Source: Octopus vulgaris (Eukaryota). From it: a stretch of DNA of 64,000 bases. A program made the translations under genes and the position numbers. Below are positions 12,663 through 28,476 of the stretch, piece by piece. Where the stretch lies: assembly GCA_951406725.2 (NCBI GenBank), contig OX597822.1, positions 70,680,001 to 70,744,000 of the forward strand, in the 5' to 3' direction. Under the pieces are notes generated by a model. It was not told the DNA's origin, searched no databases, and saw only the letters and a program-made list of their open reading frames with translations. Numbering within the stretch: the stretch's first letter is position 1; every line of letters begins with the position of its first letter.

Positions 12663-14809
12663 AATAAGTATTTACTCAACCAATGCTTGTATGAGGGAAA
12701 ATATATGTTAAAGGAATAAACAAATGTATATATACGCGTATAGACATCAGCATATACATACATGTACACATTTATATATGGATATGTACCTACGCCCACA
12801 CACTTAAGACACACATTTTCCAGCTTCTGCATTTCTTTAAATTTAATATGAGAATAGGCAAATGCTATCCCTGACTAAACATTTATGAACATTTTATCAG
12901 GCATGTCATGTCATGTATGATATTGTTTATGTGTTCTGTTTTTGTAATTTTAATACGTTGGCTCTCAGCCTGTAATATGTAACACGCAAGTGTGTGTGTG
13001 TGTGCTTGTGTCTTTGTTTCTTGAAAGCCAAAATTTCATAATCTTTTTGTTGTGTACCCAAACATCCAAATGTATGTCTCTCCACTCACACTTTCACATT
13101 AGGGAAACCCCAACACCACCACCAATTCCACTGCACCACCAAATCATCCCCCCCCCCCCCCATCATACATCTTATCTTCCTCATTCACTATGCCTGCCTC
13201 TCTTTCCCCCCTCCCCCGTCTACTCTTGGCAGCCTATGCAACAGCATCTCATCTTCCTCTTGTTTACTGTATTGTTACTTTTCTACTGCTCCATCCGCAC
13301 TATCAGGCACCCCCGTTTTCCCCTCTTACTCCTGCCCCACTCCTACTGACCTTGTACCTCAAAGACCCTTCTCCCCCCCACACACTTCATCAGCTCTACT
13401 TTTATTGTTTTCTAGTTCTACCCAATAACTCTCACTTTCTAGTCTAAAATGCAAATTGTCATGTAGCTCCTTTACAGCAAAGAATTTGTTCCACTCCGGG
13501 CCTCTTTTCTTGTGTTTTACAACCCTCTGATCCTTGTCTCTTAGCACAAAGTTGCTCCTCTTGGGTTTTGCATTCTTGCAAGTTGCTTGACAACCTCACT
13601 TGTGCTGTTGGTATGACAATAGCTGCCTTAATAGACAATATATATTCTTTTCTACTCTAGGCACAAGGCCTGAAATTTTGGGAGATTTTTTGCCCTACAT
13701 TTAGATTTGTTTATATTTATTATATGATAAAATATTCAGTTATTTCCTCTTTATGAATCAGACTGTTGATATCTATAACATTTGATACATCTATGTAAAT
13801 TAAAATTAAATTTATTATTTAAATTTCTATAAAATTTGTTAAAATTATATTAGCCAAGGCAAATGATGTTGCCTGGGTGCTGAGTATGTAGAAGCATTTC
13901 CTTTTTGATAAACTAATTGACTTATAGCAACTTTTTTTAGTAGTTCTTTTTTTTCATATACATATATATTTGTATATGTGTATATATATATATATATGAT
14001 GCATGTGTATTTAATTTCCCATACATATGTATATCATCACCTTCATCATCATCATTCCTTAACTTCTGTTTTAAATGATGCTGACATACATAGGTTTGTG
14101 TGAGAAAGTAAATACACATATATACACATACAAATATGTATGTATATGTATGTATCTATGTATGTTTGTATGTATGTGTGTATATATATATGTGTGTGTG
14201 TGTATGTATGTATGTATATATATATATATGTGTGTGTGTGTGTAGGTATGTCTGCATATATATATAATATATAAATTTAATTTTCCTAAGTTCGTGTTAG
14301 CTGATAAATCTGTCTTATTGATTCCGTTTTAGTCTTGTATGTCTGCGTGCTTATGTATGTGCATGTTTGTCTATGCACACATGTATGTGTACGTTAGCAT
14401 TTCTTCTTCCTTACATCTCAAATGATTTGTGTCGAAATAAATATACATTACAGCTTAGTTGCTGCTACATGTAAACATGGCAGTGTTTACATGTACATGG
14501 AGTACTGGGTGATTCAGGGATGGTCTGTAGTGTGTAATTGCTTATTGTTTTACTTAGAAACAATCGTACCTTCCCTACTTCATTCTTTCATTTAAATTCT
14601 ACTGTACAGGGTCTAAGTGTCTGCAGTTCATTCCTGGATCCTAATTAATTGCCTTGTTAACGAACATTGATTGGCTCCTCCTTGTCTCCTCCCATTTACA
14701 TACACCTGTAATTGTACTCGCACATATACACAGAAACACTATACTTGCATACACCTGTGCCAAATTACATATACACATTGATACACACACTCGTGTATGT
14801 TTATGTGTA

Positions 14810-15458
<649 letters not shown>

Positions 15459-16384
15459 CCACATTTGTAAAAGCAAAGGCTTCAGGGTTATTTTAAAACT
15501 TTCATTAAGGATTTTCAGTTGTAATTTAAAAATGTAACGAAAACAGCAAAACATGCATGATATAAGTATAAAGAAAATCAACAATTTCTATATTTATAAA
15601 ATCGTAATCAAATCTATTAACAGTTACAAAGAAAACTTGATTTGGTGAACTTAAGAATTCAGATATGAATGGTTTACATGGTATATGGTGACGTGGCCAA
15701 TCTCTTTTCACTTGCTTATGTCAGTTTTCATAACCAGATCTCTAATGTTTTTCAGGTCTGGCATCTATATTAAGATTTTTAGCGCTGTTCTCATTAGTTA
15801 CGAAGCTGTAATATTAATAAAGACAGCTTCAGTTGAAATACTTTAGATTCAGTGGGAAGTTTCTTGGAGACAGTTTGATTGTGAATGGAACTATTAGGCG
15901 TTAGAAAGTTTATTATAGTTGTTAGGTTGTTAGTTTTTGTGTTTGATGTTTTCATGATAATTCTGTGTATGTTATCGACAAAGATTCTTTAATATCTGTT
16001 TAAACTATGGTTTCTTATACATATAGATTACTTCTTGTCCAGCGTGTCTGACATATCGCTGCTTCTCCTCTTCGTAGTCATCATCTTTACTTCTAAGGAA
16101 AACCATTCTCTTCTCCATTATAATTATCATACTTTGGAGTTATTGCACTAATGAGTAGTACCTCCGTATCCAATACTTTGGCTAAATAGGTGGAGGAGGA
16201 GATTCCTAATTCGAACAATCGGGAAGAAGAGCTCAACAAATGCCTTGATTGAAATTTCCTGGAAAATATAGAAATACTGTATGAGAGTGAATCTGCTCTT
16301 TGTGCCAAATGGAGAAAGCATGTCTGTCATCTCTCTCTCTCTCTCAATGACTCTCAGTGTGTGTGTGTATATATATGTGTGTGT

Positions 16385-16585
<201 letters not shown>

Positions 16586-16602
16586 TACGCACACACGCAT
16601 AT

Positions 16603-16890
16603 ATGGGCACATTGCTTAGAGGTTAAGGTGTTGCACTTGTGATTGTGAGATCATGATTTCAATTCCTAGACCAGGTGGTGCATTGTGTTCTTGAGTCTGG
16701 CCACTTCATTTCATGTCGCTCTGTGGTCACTTTGGCACCTGACGTGTGGTACACCTTGCGCCTGTTTGGGCAATGTCGATAGATGGGAGAGAGTGAGTTA
16801 ATGTATAACACATACATTTGATCGCTATAAACAAATCATTTGTGCTGGTCATTCAGCAAAAGTGGAACACTCATAAACCATCTTCAGAAG
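16603..16890 (+). mobile_element. tRNA-headed SINE of another family; related head at 26560-26870
   Basis: gggcacattgcttagaggttaaggtgttgcact...gatttcaattcctagacc (A- and B-box-like head). Confidence 0.6.
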
Positions 16891-16961
16891 AGTTCATCAT
16901 TCTTACATACATACCTACATACTCACATACATACCTACATACTCACATACATACCTACATA

Positions 16962-16999
<38 letters not shown>

Positions 17000-17894
17000 T
17001 GCATACATACATACATACATACATACATACATAATTTGTACACTCTCTGTCTACCAAATTCACTCACAAGACATTGATTCGCCGGTGGGGGGGGGGGTTA
17101 TAATTGACCTTTGCCCAAACTGTCATAACCACACAATCTGTGCCCTTAAACAACCTGTTGATTACATCTATACATATGTATTTGTATTTGCTAACATTTA
17201 TAAATATTAGTGAGAAACAATATTAGTAAAACAAAGCAAAACAATAAAACAAACAAAAAAAAACACATTAATTTTTATTTTTCAACATGAAAAAGCATCC
17301 AGTACACCCTCTAAAGTGGTTGGCATTAAGCAGGGTATCCATCTGTAGAAGCCATACCAAAGCAGACATTGGAGCTTGACATTGGACATTGTCCTCTGAC
17401 CTTTTAACCCCTTGCCAATATGGAATACAGATGCTTGATGACAGTGAGGATATCTCTGCCCCCACCACCACTGCCAATGATTAGTAGTAGTAGTAGTATT
17501 TTATTATATTATAGAAAATCTGTAGCTGCTAGTTTTGTTTAATTTGGCATTTCAACTATTCTTGTAGTTTTCTTCAGCATTTAAATCTGGTCTGGTACAG
17601 ATAATCACATCTTGTCTGGGCCACTTAGTTTCCCCTTGTCAACAGAGTATTTGTTGGTCATTTTGTATTTACCAGTTTTGCTCTGTCACTGTGCAAGCTG
17701 ACCAATGCTGTCACAAGAACATCTCGGGGTTTATCTGACACAACACTATGCCATGCCGCAGAGAGAAAGAGAGGGAGAGAGAATAAAATCACTGATGCAC
17801 TTGTAAAATCAGATTGGTAGAAAAGAATTCCCCCTCATCTCTCTCTCACACACACACACACATGTATGTTTATTTATATATATATGTATATATA

Positions 17895-17929
<35 letters not shown>

Positions 17930-18133
17930 ACATGTATGCTAGCATGGAAAACGGATGCTAAACAATGATGATGATGATATATGTGCGTGTATATATGTAT
18001 ATATATGTATGTATATGTGTGTGTGTGTGTGTGTATATATATGTATGTATATGTGTGTGTGTGTATATATGTATGTATATGTGTGTGTGTGTATATATGT
18101 ATGTATATGTGTGTGTGTATATATGTATGTATA

Positions 18134-18172
<39 letters not shown>

Positions 18173-18339
18173 GCATATATGATGATGTGTGTTTGTGTGT
18201 ATATATATACGTTTATGTATATGTGTGTGCGTGTATGAGTGTGAGAGCATGCACGTAATAATACTAGAGTTAGATACATAAATTCACAACATATATCATT
18301 TATATATTTGATATGATTTTTTTATGGTGTGTGTGCATG

Positions 18340-18381
<42 letters not shown>

Positions 18382-18456
18382 TGCATATACATACACACAC
18401 GTGTATGTGTATATATATATAAAAATACATATGCCTTCATATTTGTACACTCTCAC

Positions 18457-18516
<60 letters not shown>

Positions 18517-19344
18517 CTTCTCATTAATTCATACTCAGTTGCTGTATATCATTTTTGATACAGATATTTTTTTTTCATCTAACGGTATATATTTTCCAAC
18601 AGTAATATTTCAAATATTTTAAAAGTTAATCCATGCTTGATCAAAGAATACATTTACGACTAACTGTGGAGGCATGGCCATTTGAAAGAGAGTAAAACCG
18701 TCCATGCCATGCAGGGGATCAAACTGACATGTTCCCAGGTTTGATGCTTTAGTACATACATTAAACCATGTTGATATATTCCATGTTCTTGTGTCTACAC
18801 ACTCCCACACATACACACACAAACACACACATACTCAGTTGAAACAATTATATAAGAATATGCGTAACCATGTGGCAATAAAACTCTGTTTGTGAGTGCA
18901 TATGTGAATACTTGTGCATATGTGCACATGCGCATACATATGTAAGAGATCATGTCGGAACGTATGGTATAATGTCATACACTGTGTGTGTATATATGTG
19001 TGCATATATGTGCATATTTGTGCACACATCTACATATATGTGCTCCTGTACTATATTTCTCTTTATGCATACAGACTCATACACTCACACGCACACACAC
19101 TTTTGCCTGTTTCAGTCATTGGACTGTAGCCATGCTGGAGCACTGCCCTGGGAAGATTTCGGTCAAACAGTTGACCCTCAGTACCTGCTGTTTCAAAGTG
19201 CGGTACTTATTCTGTTGATCTCCTTTGCTGAACTGCTATGCTATGGAGTCTTAAACAAACTAACACAAGTTATCAAGCAGTGCAGAACAAACACACACAC
19301 ACATGTATATATATGTGTATATATATATGTGTGTGTGTGAATAA

Positions 19345-19509
<165 letters not shown>

Positions 19510-19962
19510 ATATAATTTTTCACAATACGCATTGTATATGGTTATGGACAATATGTCCAATTTCGGCATATTTGGCATTAGAAATTTTTTCGTTTGCCCT
19601 TATTTATAAGTTGTTTATAATTTTAACCTTTAAAGGTAATTTTTAATATGCTGGCCATTGATAAAAATTTTTTTCAAGAAAATTTTATCCTACATTAAAT
19701 ATATATATATATATATTCTCATCCATCTTTCCATCCATCCATGATGGACTTCCATCCAGTGTCCATCTCCCAGATTCACTCTCAAAGCATTGGTTGCCCC
19801 AAGGCTTTAGTAGAAGACACATGCTGAATGTGCTGTGTAGTGGGACTGAACTCAAAACCAAATGGTTGCAGAGAAGGCTTTTTAACCACACAGCTATGTC
19901 TATGCTTGTTGATAAAAAGAAAAATGAAAGAGTATTGCATAGGCACATGCATTGAATGATTG

Positions 19963-20032
<70 letters not shown>

Positions 20033-21000
20033 AGATAATGTAGTATATCATATTTGTGTATGCACTATAAAAATATACTCTGAGCCAGTAAGATGTTTGT
20101 TGTTGTTATACTGTAATATAGCAGCATTCTGTGTGTGTGTGTGTGTGTGTGAGGGGAAGGAAGTTGTAATGAGAAACATGTAATGTACATATGTATACTG
20201 AATCCCTTCAGTCCTGGAGGGAAAATACATTATATTAAAGAATACATGTGTTTCTATGAACAACATTGTAAAAAAAAACAAAAAACAAAAAAAACAAACA
20301 AACAAGCAAACAAAAAAACAAATACAAAACAAAGTGTGCAATATGGAAAATTGTGTGTTTATATATATGCGCGTATGTGTATTTGTGTATGTATGTGTGT
20401 GTGTATGCGTGTAGTTTCTGCTGTCCTGTAGGAATACACATTAATAACTTGATGTAAGTATGTATGTTCAGATTTACAAATACTCTTTGAAGATATCTCT
20501 TTGCCAAATTCATTTCAGAATTGATTATTATTAGATCAATTATTGCTATATATCTTAACAAGCCACCAATGTCTTGTCTTCCCGCATAGCCTAGTCCTCT
20601 ATCTTTCTCCTTTGCCTTTCCTTCTTCGCTGGCTCCCTCCACCCGCCTCATCCCTCCCTCGCCATACTCCTTTCCTCTCTTTCTCTCCCCCCCTCTCTCT
20701 CTCTCTCCACCCCCGCCACTCTTGATTTTTTTCTTTTCTTTATTAACAGAAATTCTTGCTACCAAACTGCATCCTTGCTTTCTCCCCGAAACAGTTTAAC
20801 TCCAAGATGTTGTCCTTACATGAGAGTCTACCTCCAACTAAACTTATCTCCTAATGTATCCCCCCTCCCACCGCCTTTGCTTTCCTTGTCTTTCCTTTTC
20901 TTTTATTATTTTTCTCCTTTCTTTTTCCTCTTTATTTCATCATACCCCTCCCCTTACCAATCTATCTTTGAGTTTGTACTTTGATATTTTCTCTCTCTCC

Positions 21001-21044
<44 letters not shown>

Positions 21045-21705
21045 GTGCTTATCTTACTCTGTGTGTGTGTGTGTGTTATTTATTTATGCAATAATTTTTG
21101 TATATTCTTTTGTTTTATTATTGTCTTTTCTTTCTCCTTGCTGTTGTTTTTTCTCCTCATTCTCTTCTTTCTCTTGTTGTTGTTCTTCTCCTCCTCCTCC
21201 CCTTCTTTTTCTTCTTCTTCTTCTTCTTCTTCTCTTCTCCATTTTGCCTCACTTTTGCGCCTTACTCTTTCTTTTCCTTTTTTCCCTTTCAATTTATTTG
21301 ATGTCGAAAAAAACAACAACAACAACAAAATAATAAATTCCCCTCAAAAAGGAAGAAAAAAAAAAGCCCTCAAAACCAAACAGAAAGAAAAGAAGACATA
21401 TAGATGAATAATGAATAAAATAATAAATGAAACACACACGAAAAATAACTAATATTAGTTAAATAAATAAACAGAAAGAATTTTGGGAAAAGGACCAAAA
21501 ATTTTTTTTTTCTCCCCATTTCTTTCCTCTCTCTTTTTGTTTTGCATTTTTTCTTATAAAATACCTTTAATTGAAGGAAATGATTAGATTTTGGTATAGT
21601 TAGCATGTGTATCTATAAGTCTTGATGTACGAGATAGTTTTCATTGCAATCAATAAACGCTTTTGTGTAACTCTGGGAACTTTATGCACGTGTGGTATGT
21701 GTATA

Positions 21706-21745
<40 letters not shown>

Positions 21746-22631
21746 GTGTATGTATATGTATGTGCAAATGTGTATATGTGTGTGTGTGTATATATATATG
21801 TAGGATATATATACATATGTATATGTGTATATATGTATGAGTGTATATGTATATGTATATGCATATATATGAATGTGTGTTTATATGTATGTGTATATAT
21901 ATATATATATGTATAAATGTATGTATAGGTATGTGTGTGTATGTATGTGTATATATATATATATATGTATATGTGTATATTTATATTTGTATATATATCT
22001 ATATGTGTATATATATGTGTGTATATCTATATGTATATATATATGTGTATATATGTATGTATCCTCATTGTCTTAGAAATCATCATCATCATCATTATCA
22101 ATATCATTTCTCCCAATTCTTATTGGAGTGTATAGAACACGAAGAGAACAATTTATAGCTTCCTCCAACACAGCCATCTAATAGCACCACCACCATCACT
22201 GCCACATCCCTCTACTAAGATTTCTCCAACAGTATTCACATTCTATTTGCTTCAAATACTGCTGAGAATCTGTCTTTGGGGCATGGAGGTAATGATCTAA
22301 TCCAAAAACATCAGTGGCTGGTTTAGTTTCAAAGATTTTTGGCATTTGTTGATTTGTTTGTGCGTGTGTATGTTTGCATCCATCATCATCATTATATAAT
22401 GGAAGTGCTCCAGTATGGCTACTGCTTAATCCCTCAGTGCTATATAAGAATGCATGGGTATTCATATATACATGTGTATATGAATACACACACAGACACA
22501 CAAGTGTTAGAACTGGTAAAGAAAAGAGGGAGTTAATATTCAATATTCAGTGAGGAACTTTCAGGCTACTAATAGCATTTCATGTTCTGAGATTGTAGTG
22601 TGTATAAAACTCTTATTGCAATCAAAAATTC

Positions 22632-22700
<69 letters not shown>

Positions 22701-24219
22701 ATGAATGTACACACACATATATCATCATCATCAACATTTAATGTCCGTTTTCCATGCTTGCATGAGTTGGACAGTTTGACCGGGGTCTGGGAAGCCAGGA
22801 GGCTGTACCAGGCTCAAGTCTAATCTGGCAGTGTTTCTACAGCTGGATGCCCTTCGTAAACCCAACCACTCTGAGTGTAGTGGATGCTTTTTACATGCTC
22901 CTGACACAGAGGCCAGAGGCGACTGGCAACGGCCATGATGGGTTGATGCTGTGTGCGTGTGTGTGTGTCATCTTCATCATAATTTATTGTCTCTTTTCCC
23001 ATGCTGGGTTCAATGGTTCAACACGAACTGATGAACCAGAAGGTATTGCTGAGCTTCAATGACCCCTGTGGCATGATATCTGCTGCTGGATGCTCTTCCT
23101 AATGCCTGCCACTTCACATAGTGTACTAGGTGCTTGTTTTTACATGTGTGTGTGTGTATGTGAGAGAGGGAGTGAGGTGGGGGCAAGAGTAACTCCAGGT
23201 AATTAAGCCTGAACGTACAATTTTAAAACTCAATGCTTTATATGTAACTTCTTTCAAACTGTTTCGTAATGGTGAAAGATTTAGTTTAAAACAGGGTTTG
23301 TTATTTGTATTCATTTATGTATCTTTGACATTCATGGCCTGCCATATGTATATACATATATATCTGCCTGCACATATTTCTACGTGTGCTTTTCCATGCC
23401 TGCATGGTTTACACATGTACATATTTGTGGGCATTCTCACTAACCCTTAGTTGTTCTTCAAGTAAGGGATTTCACATTTCTTTGAAAAAGTGTGACGTGT
23501 GCAGATGATTTGATAATAGAAGTGACAACAGAAACTCTGCCTGCAGTGAGCAACTTTCATAGAGTGCAAGTGTGCACATTCGTGCACACACCCACAGCAG
23601 GCTTCTGCCAGTTTCCATCTACCTTATTCACTCACAGGGTATTGGTCAATTCAGTGCTATAGTAGATGATGACACTTGCACAACTTGTCATACAGTGGAG
23701 CTGAACCAAACCCACATGGCTGGGGAATCAACTTATCAATCAGAGGGCTTCGCCTGCTCTCTCTTCCTAACAGTTGGGTTAGAAAGAGAAGAACAAAGAA
23801 ACAGAGACAACACAGGGAAGTTGGGACCGTTTTTGGTCTTAGTAGGGATAAGAAAATTTGTTGATGCTAGTGAATGAACAAATGGAGATAACATGAGTAG
23901 GGGTCATTCTTTAGCTTTGCTTGGAACAGGTAAACTTCTCTAGTGCAGGTGCCACATTGAAATAAGAAGGGCAACCACTCATAGGGAGCATACTACAAAT
24001 GGAATGTATGAGTGAGACATGGTTCCTGACCCGTCTTGCTGGGTAGTAACTCTGAAAAAGAACTGACTTGAACTATGATGGCCTGTCCAATCTATGCCAG
24101 CATAGAAATATGAATGTAAAAATGTTGCTGCTGCTAACATAGAGATATAGATATAAATGTATATACACACATGCACATTAGTATATTCATATATGTATGG
24201 TTGTGTGTATTTCTGTGCA

Positions 24220-24253
<34 letters not shown>

Positions 24254-24282
24254 TATATGTGTGTGTGTAGATAGAAACATAT

Positions 24283-24340
<58 letters not shown>

Positions 24341-25441
24341 GTAGATAGATGCATAGATGGATGGATATTATGCTAGATTCACACTTTCTCAAAGACACAA
24401 AATCTCTTACACACACTCACTCTGTTTGGCTCCCCCCCTCAGAAAATTGTGTCTTTTATTAGATGTGAAAATACACTTTACCTATTACACACGTCTTTTC
24501 GTCTTTTCGGTGTGTAAGAGGAGGTGTACTAGCCTGGCTTCTGCTTGCTGTCACAAAACATATTCACTTCCTGTTCATTCACTGACCTTATTAATCAAAC
24601 TATTTAAACCATGAAAAGGATGGTGCCATCAAGCTAACGAGAAAATAAAAGATAATGTGGAAACCACAATAAACCACTTCTTCTGTGATGTTGTCTTGAG
24701 ATGCCACGAAGTTCCTGTCGCTCTATTTTTGATAATGACTGAAGATAGAAATGGTCTTTCTCTTGACTTCATTTCTTCTTGTTTCCTAACTGCAATTTTC
24801 CTGCTGTTTTCAAATGAATTTCCTCCTCCCGCTGTTCTCCAATTCTAAAAGTAATGGTTTTGAGTACAGCACACAAAGAAACTCCAATACATGTATCAGC
24901 GTAATGGAGGAAGCCAGCATTTTGAAATGTCTTACAAATTTCACACATGCTTCCCTCTACCCGTTTCATTTGAAAAGACTTCTAATTATGGTTACCAATT
25001 CTTTTCCTTTATTACTTTCTTGAAAATTAATAATTTGAAGGTCATATTTCTCCGAAAACCATAGAAATAGTTTCAATAGAAAAATTATCTTTTTTGTTTG
25101 TTTTTCATCTGTTGGTTTCTTTTTACTCTTTTACTAACAGTACAGACTATATAACTACTCTTGTCATATGTGTGTGTGTGTGTTCTTACTCATGTTATCA
25201 AATATTCTGTGTCATCATCACTCTTAATGTACTTCTGTGTTATTACCATTTTCCAATAACAGAGTTATATTGGCACGCCTGTAGTAATACAATACCAGTA
25301 ATACTGGTGACAAAATCATAGTATTAATAGTATGGCTGTAGTAACACAAATTAGTAATACATGTACCTACCATCATTACTGATTTATTTATCTTTGATCT
25401 GGGACCACATGGCATGCTCAGTTGTGAACCATTCTTATAAC

Positions 25442-25675
25442 AAATGGATCTTATTTCTTTACTGCCCACAAGGGGCCACACACAGAGGGGACAAACAAAT
25501 GGATTAAGTCGATTATATCGACCCCAGTGCGTAACTGGTACTTATTCAATTGACCCCGAAAGGACGAAAGGCAAAGTCAACCTTGGTGGAATTTGAACTC
25601 AGAACGTAGCAGCAGACGAAATACCGCCAAGCATTTCGCCCGGTGTGCTAACGTGTCTGCCAACTTGATGTCTTA
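25442..25675 (-). mobile_element. SINE family B
   Basis: ccccagtgcgtaactggtacttattc...gaaaggcaaagtcaaccttggtggaatttgaactcagaacg is the reverse complement of family B. Confidence 0.85.
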
Positions 25676-25799
25676 TCACAAATGGATCTGTGCTAACACA
25701 GGCTGGGAATGACATTCTTTTGCCTTTTTTTTTTTTATTTCCTTTTATAATAAACTGATCATATATTATTAAACTTTACTTTAAATATTATTTCAACCA

Positions 25800-26090
25800 T
25801 GAAACAATATTACTCATAAAAAACAAACACAGCACCCATGATTTTCAGAAACATTTTTTTTTTTTTTTCACACTCAGAATTGCTGAAGCATGGAATAAAC
25901 TATCTGCATCAATTGTTAGCTGTCAGAACACTACATCTTTTGAAACTTTCCTGCTTCCTGAAATTCACCAACAGTACACCTGATGCCCCTCCCTTTTTTT
26001 GTTAATGACTTATTCACTGTTCCCTTTCTATGTACTGTTCATACATTTTTGGCTACTTTTTCTGAGCACTGTATACAATAAGCTCATTAT
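25800..26090 (+). mobile_element. 3' fragment of a CR1/L2-type LINE
   Basis: Degenerate translation HDFQKHFF.TLRIAEAWNKLSASIVSCQNTTSFET resembles the FFxxRVxxxWNxLP C-terminus of CR1-clade ORF2. Confidence 0.65.
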
Positions 26091-28431
26091 TATATCATTA
26101 TATGTGTTTAAAATCCGTTTGGGATGTATTATTTGGGCAAGTTAGGGTGACATCTTGGGGGTTTAAGAGCGAACCCTGTTTTCCCCATTTGCTCTTTTTA
26201 TCACTGATTCATTTAACACTGTGTGTTTTGGACCCAAACCCTGTCTGATATATGAGGATATATGTATCAGGACTAGAGTTATAACATCATAGTACTAGTG
26301 GGATCATGAAAGATTAATTTGTTGCTGCCATTTCAGAAGTATTCTCTGCCCACATCCAAAGTAGATTTGCTCAGTTCTCCTACTGGTGCCATATTATTAC
26401 CATTCTTAGGTTATTACCAATGTCCCACTACTGTCAGTTTATTATCACATTATATTCTCATACTACAGTGACCCCTACAATCATTGTTTTACCACCGTTT
26501 TAATATTACTATTCTCAGTATTACTACAGGTCTCCTACTACATTATTACAATCCTAGCATTGAGCTCACAATCATGAGTTAGTGAGTTCGATTCCTGGAC
26601 TGAGATGTGTGCTGTGTTCTTGAACAAGACACTTTAATTCACGTTGCTCCAGTTCACTCAGCTGTAGAAATGAGTTGCGATGTCACTGATGCCAAGCTGT
26701 ATCAGCCCTTGGATAACATCAGTGGTGTAGAAATGGATGGTTAATATATGTGGGCGACTGCTAGTCTTCCATAAACAACCTTACTCAAACTTGTGTCTTG
26801 GAGGGTAACTTTCTAGATGCAATCCCATGGTCATTCAGGACTGAAGGGGGTCTTTAATCTTTACCCTTTATTACCACTGTTCCAATATTACTAACATTGT
26901 ATTACGACAATCCACTATTACTATTATGGTAATACCATTGTCTCACTGTTAACACTATTACCACAGTTCTAATATTAATACTACTGTATTACCAGTCTCA
27001 TTATTACTACTTTTGTATTACCACAGTCCTCCATTGCTATTATGGTATTACTACAGTCTTACTGTCGATACTCTGGTAATACCACCATTTCACTTTTAAT
27101 GTTCTTGTATTACCACAGTCCTGCTATTTCTATTGTTGTACTACTATTAATATTATTGTGCTGGTGGCATGTGAAAGAACATTCGAGCGAGGTTGTTGTC
27201 AGTGCCGCTGGACTGGCTCCTGTGCAGGCGGCACATAAAAAGCACCATTTGAGCGTGGCCGTTGCCAGTACTGCCTGACTGGCCCTCATGCTGGTGGCAT
27301 GTAAAACACCCACTACGCTCTCGGAGTGGTTGGCATTAGGAAGGGCATCCAGCTGTAGAAACTCTGCCAGATCAGTTTGGAGTCTGGTTCACCAGACCGC
27401 GGTCAAATTGTCCAACCCATGCTAGCATGGAAAGTGGACATTAAATGATGATGATGATGATATAATATTAGTGTTACTATTGCAATACTACTATCTCACT
27501 ATTAATACTATTGTATTACCACAGCCCCAATATTAATTCTATTGTATTACCACTATATCAGTATTACTATAGTTGTATTTCCATGGACTCACTCACAAAT
27601 CCCAATATTTTCTTTACAACTGTTATCGGTACAAGATTTTCCAATATCCCATCCCTGTTTCATTTCTTTATTCCTGATAGCCTTGACATTGGGTCACAAC
27701 AAACTGGTCATTCTTTCATGTGTGTGTATGTGTGGGGGGTTTGTGTGTGTGTGTGTGTGTATATGTATGGGGGTGCAAAGTATTGAGTTCACTGACCTCT
27801 GCCTTAATCTCCTATTTTTAATTATTTACATCACAATTACTGGACGCTTATTAAAAGTTCTAATTACCTTGGACCTCCCATTAACTGCTGATCCCTTCAT
27901 CATTTTGCTCTTCTCCCTCTCACCCTCCCTCCCTCCATATGGCATTCACCTGTTCTAAATGGCAACAACTGACAATGTGGCAATGGAACACTCTCACAGA
28001 ACATTGTCTCTGTTCTGTTCATTCTAGTTTGCTCTATTTTTGTTGTTGTTGTTGTTCTATTTCTCTCCACTCCCGTCATCCTCTCTCACTGATCAATGCT
28101 TTGGTAATTTCTTCTCCTTTAATTAAAACCACCTCCTCCTCCCCTTCCTCCTCACTAATTTCCTTTATCTTTGTAATGTTTTTTTCTTTGATCTTGTTTT
28201 TGTGTTGGTATTTGTGCTTCGTTTTTTTTTTTTGTTTTGTTTCGTTTTAATATAAAATAGTTGAAGTTTCTAATTAACCATCCTGTAAATGATGTGTCTT
28301 TTATGAGTTATGGAGCTGTCCTCCAACATTAACGATGAAGCTTTGCTTATTATAGTTAAAAAGGCTGAACTGCATTCTGGCGCTGCTATAAAGTATATTG
28401 TTTTGTTGTAATTAATAAAGTGGCTTTGGTG

Positions 28432-28476
<45 letters not shown>

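Noticed and set aside
16025-16325. Complex unique sequence that looks exon-like on either strand
   Set aside because: Stops in the plausible frames and no recognisable homology or consistent splice pair.
24600-25030. Overlapping short ORFs in unique sequence (likewise 4055-4457 and 53832-54032)
   Set aside because: No recognisable domain or splice-consistent structure.
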